Positions 49,511 through 51,009 of a stretch of DNA of 51,009 nucleotides are shown here, in pieces. The notes beneath the pieces are model-generated. The model saw only the letters and a program-made list of their open reading frames with translations. It ran no database searches and was not told the DNA's origin. Made by a program: the position numbers and the translations under genes. Position 1 is the stretch's first letter. Each line of letters opens with the position of its first letter. The stretch spans positions 1-51,009 of the forward strand of contig JAKUNM010000004.1 of the NCBI GenBank assembly GCA_022451865.1, in the 5' to 3' direction. Source of the stretch: Dehalococcoidia bacterium. GTDB lineage: Bacteria > Chloroflexota > Dehalococcoidia > UBA2979.

Positions 49511-51009
49511 ATGGGTAAGACGTTAAATAGCTTTAGTTCACGATCAACCATTTCTCTCGATGGTCAAGATCTGACAATTTACAAGTTAAGTATCTTGGCA
49601 GAATCTCTAGGTATTGATATAGATCGATTACCATTTACAATGCGCATTCTTTTAGAGAATTTATTACGATTTGAAGATGGTTCAAGTGTTACAGAAGATC
49701 AAATAAAAGCAATTGCCAATTGGGATCCTTCAGAAATTCCCAGTACAGAAATTGCTTTCCGAGTCTCTCGTGTTTTATTGCAAGATTTCACAGGTGTTCC
49801 TGCGGTTGTAGATTTAGCATCGATGCGTGATGCAATTGCTGAAATGGGTGGTAATCCAGATAAAATTAATCCTTTACAACCAGTTGATTTGGTAATTGAT
49901 CATTCCGTTCAGGTTGATGCTTTTGGTACAAGTGATGCATTTATTAGCAATGTTCAAAGAGAATACGAACGAAATATTGAACGGTATCAATTGTTAAAAT
50001 GGGGCCAACAGGCCTTTGATGGATTCCGAGTTGTCCCCCCCGGAACAGGTATAGTACATCAAGTAAATCTTGAATATTTGGGCCAAGTAGTGATGACTAA
50101 TGATGATGGAGAGCTTTTCCCAGATACTCTTGTTGGTACAGATTCGCATACCACCATGATCAATGGGCTTGGTGTTGTTGGATGGGGTGTTGGAGGAATT
50201 GAAGCAGAAGCTGCCATGCTTGGGCAGCCTGTTTCGATGTTAATTCCTCAAGTTTTTGGTGTTCGTCTTGTAGGTGAATTACCTGAAGGTGCTACAGGAA
50301 CCGATTTAGTGTTACGTGTTACTGAATTGCTACGTCAAAAAAATGTAGTTGGAAAGTTTGTAGAATTTTATGGTCCTGGACTTGGTAATTTGTCACTTGC
50401 TGCACGTGCAACAATTGCCAATATGTGTCCAGAGTATGGTGCTACGGTCGGATTTTTTCCTGTTGACGAAGAAACGCTTAATTATTTGCGGTTTACAGGA
50501 AGACCAGAATCGCTAATAAAAAGAGTTGAAACCTATACTAAAGAGCAGTTTCTATTCAGAGATGAAGAAACTCCTGATCCAGAGTTTAGTGATTCTATCG
50601 AAATTGATCTTTCAACTATTGAACCAAGCATTTCTGGACCAAAAAGACCACAAGACCGTATTCCACTTCGGACAGCAAAAGCTGCATCTGAGAGAGACAT
50701 TGCAGCTGAAATTGACAATGGTGCAGGTGCAAAACCTGTAGAAATTTCTATTGATGGATCATCTTATGATTTGAAGAATGGTGCAGTTGTCATTGCAGCT
50801 ATAACAAGTTGTACAAATACCTCTAACCCTGAAGTGATGGTTGGTGCCGGTTTATTGGCAAAAGCTGCTGTTGAAGCAGGTTTGCAAACTCCAGAATGGG
50901 TTAAAACTAGCCTTGCACCTGGGTCAAAGGTGGTAACTGACTATTTGCAACAGGCTGGACTGACTCCATTTTTAGATAAATTAGGTTTTAATTTAGTTGG
51001 TTATGGATG
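49511..51009 (+). CDS. acnA: Aconitate hydratase A (AcnA/IRP type), N-terminal part; runs off the window end
   Basis: ATG 49511 preceded by GGAAGGGA. The frame stays open to the window end. Translation: [26 protein letters not shown]...[15 protein letters not shown]...[22 protein letters not shown]...[14 protein letters not shown]. Absent from the ORF track because there is no stop in the window. Confidence 0.9.
   Translation, partial: MGKTLNSFSSRSTISLDGQDLTIYKLSILAESLGIDIDRLPFTMRILLENLLRFEDGSSVTEDQIKAIANWDPSEIPSTEIAFRVSRVLLQDFTGVPAVVDLASMRDAIAEMGGNPDKINPLQPVDLVIDHSVQVDAFGTSDAFISNVQREYERNIERYQLLKWGQQAFDGFRVVPPGTGIVHQVNLEYLGQVVMTNDDGELFPDTLVGTDSHTTMINGLGVVGWGVGGIEAEAAMLGQPVSMLIPQVFGVRLVGELPEGATGTDLVLRVTELLRQKNVVGKFVEFYGPGLGNLSLAARATIANMCPEYGATVGFFPVDEETLNYLRFTGRPESLIKRVETYTKEQFLFRDEETPDPEFSDSIEIDLSTIEPSISGPKRPQDRIPLRTAKAASERDIAAEIDNGAGAKPVEISIDGSSYDLKNGAVVIAAITSCTNTSNPEVMVGAGLLAKAAVEAGLQTPEWVKTSLAPGSKVVTDYLQQAGLTPFLDKLGFNLVGYG

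Overview
This is an AT-rich, very gene-dense bacterial chromosomal segment with many 1-12 nt gene overlaps. I call 43 protein-coding genes (two are partial, at the window edges) and 3 tRNAs.

The content falls into two groups.

(1) Core housekeeping genes:
- gltB-gltD glutamate synthase
- class II B12-dependent ribonucleotide reductase (nrdJ)
- pepP
- a minus-strand run uvrC / xerD-like / eno / hypothetical / gap / ffh / rpsP / KH-protein / rimM
- tRNA-Arg(CCU), tRNA-Arg(GCG), tRNA-Leu(CAG)
- the 5' part of aconitase

(2) A CoA-thioester and hydrolase paralog set:
- two family III CoA-transferases
- two SCP-x-type thiolase + DUF35 pairs
- an oxalyl-CoA decarboxylase / 2-hydroxyacyl-CoA lyase-like ThDP enzyme
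- a biotin carrier plus carboxyltransferase
- three MBL-fold hydrolases
- an LLM flavin oxidoreductase
- M20 and M42 peptidases

This repertoire resembles marine SAR202-type Chloroflexota. That is only a guess and I cannot verify it here.

I see no rRNA, CRISPR array, transposase, prophage or recognisable defence system.

The most interesting signal is a recoding candidate. Two ORFs, 14569..14853 and 14854..15105, are in the same frame and separated only by a TGA. That TGA sits exactly where the first Cys of a thioredoxin-fold W-C-x-x-C motif belongs. An AGG(C)CCGUG-GUU-CACGGUCU hairpin lies 18 nt downstream. Together these suggest an exported UxxC selenoprotein with a SECIS-like element.

Secondary leads:
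- a CoA-transferase / thiolase-DUF35 / ThDP-lyase module
- an uncharacterised gene apparently translationally coupled to eno, inside the eno-gap block
- a G34 tRNA-Arg(GCG)
- a 1139-aa fused double-FtsX permease

Most of the window is ordinary. I do not claim a novel multi-gene system beyond these leads.
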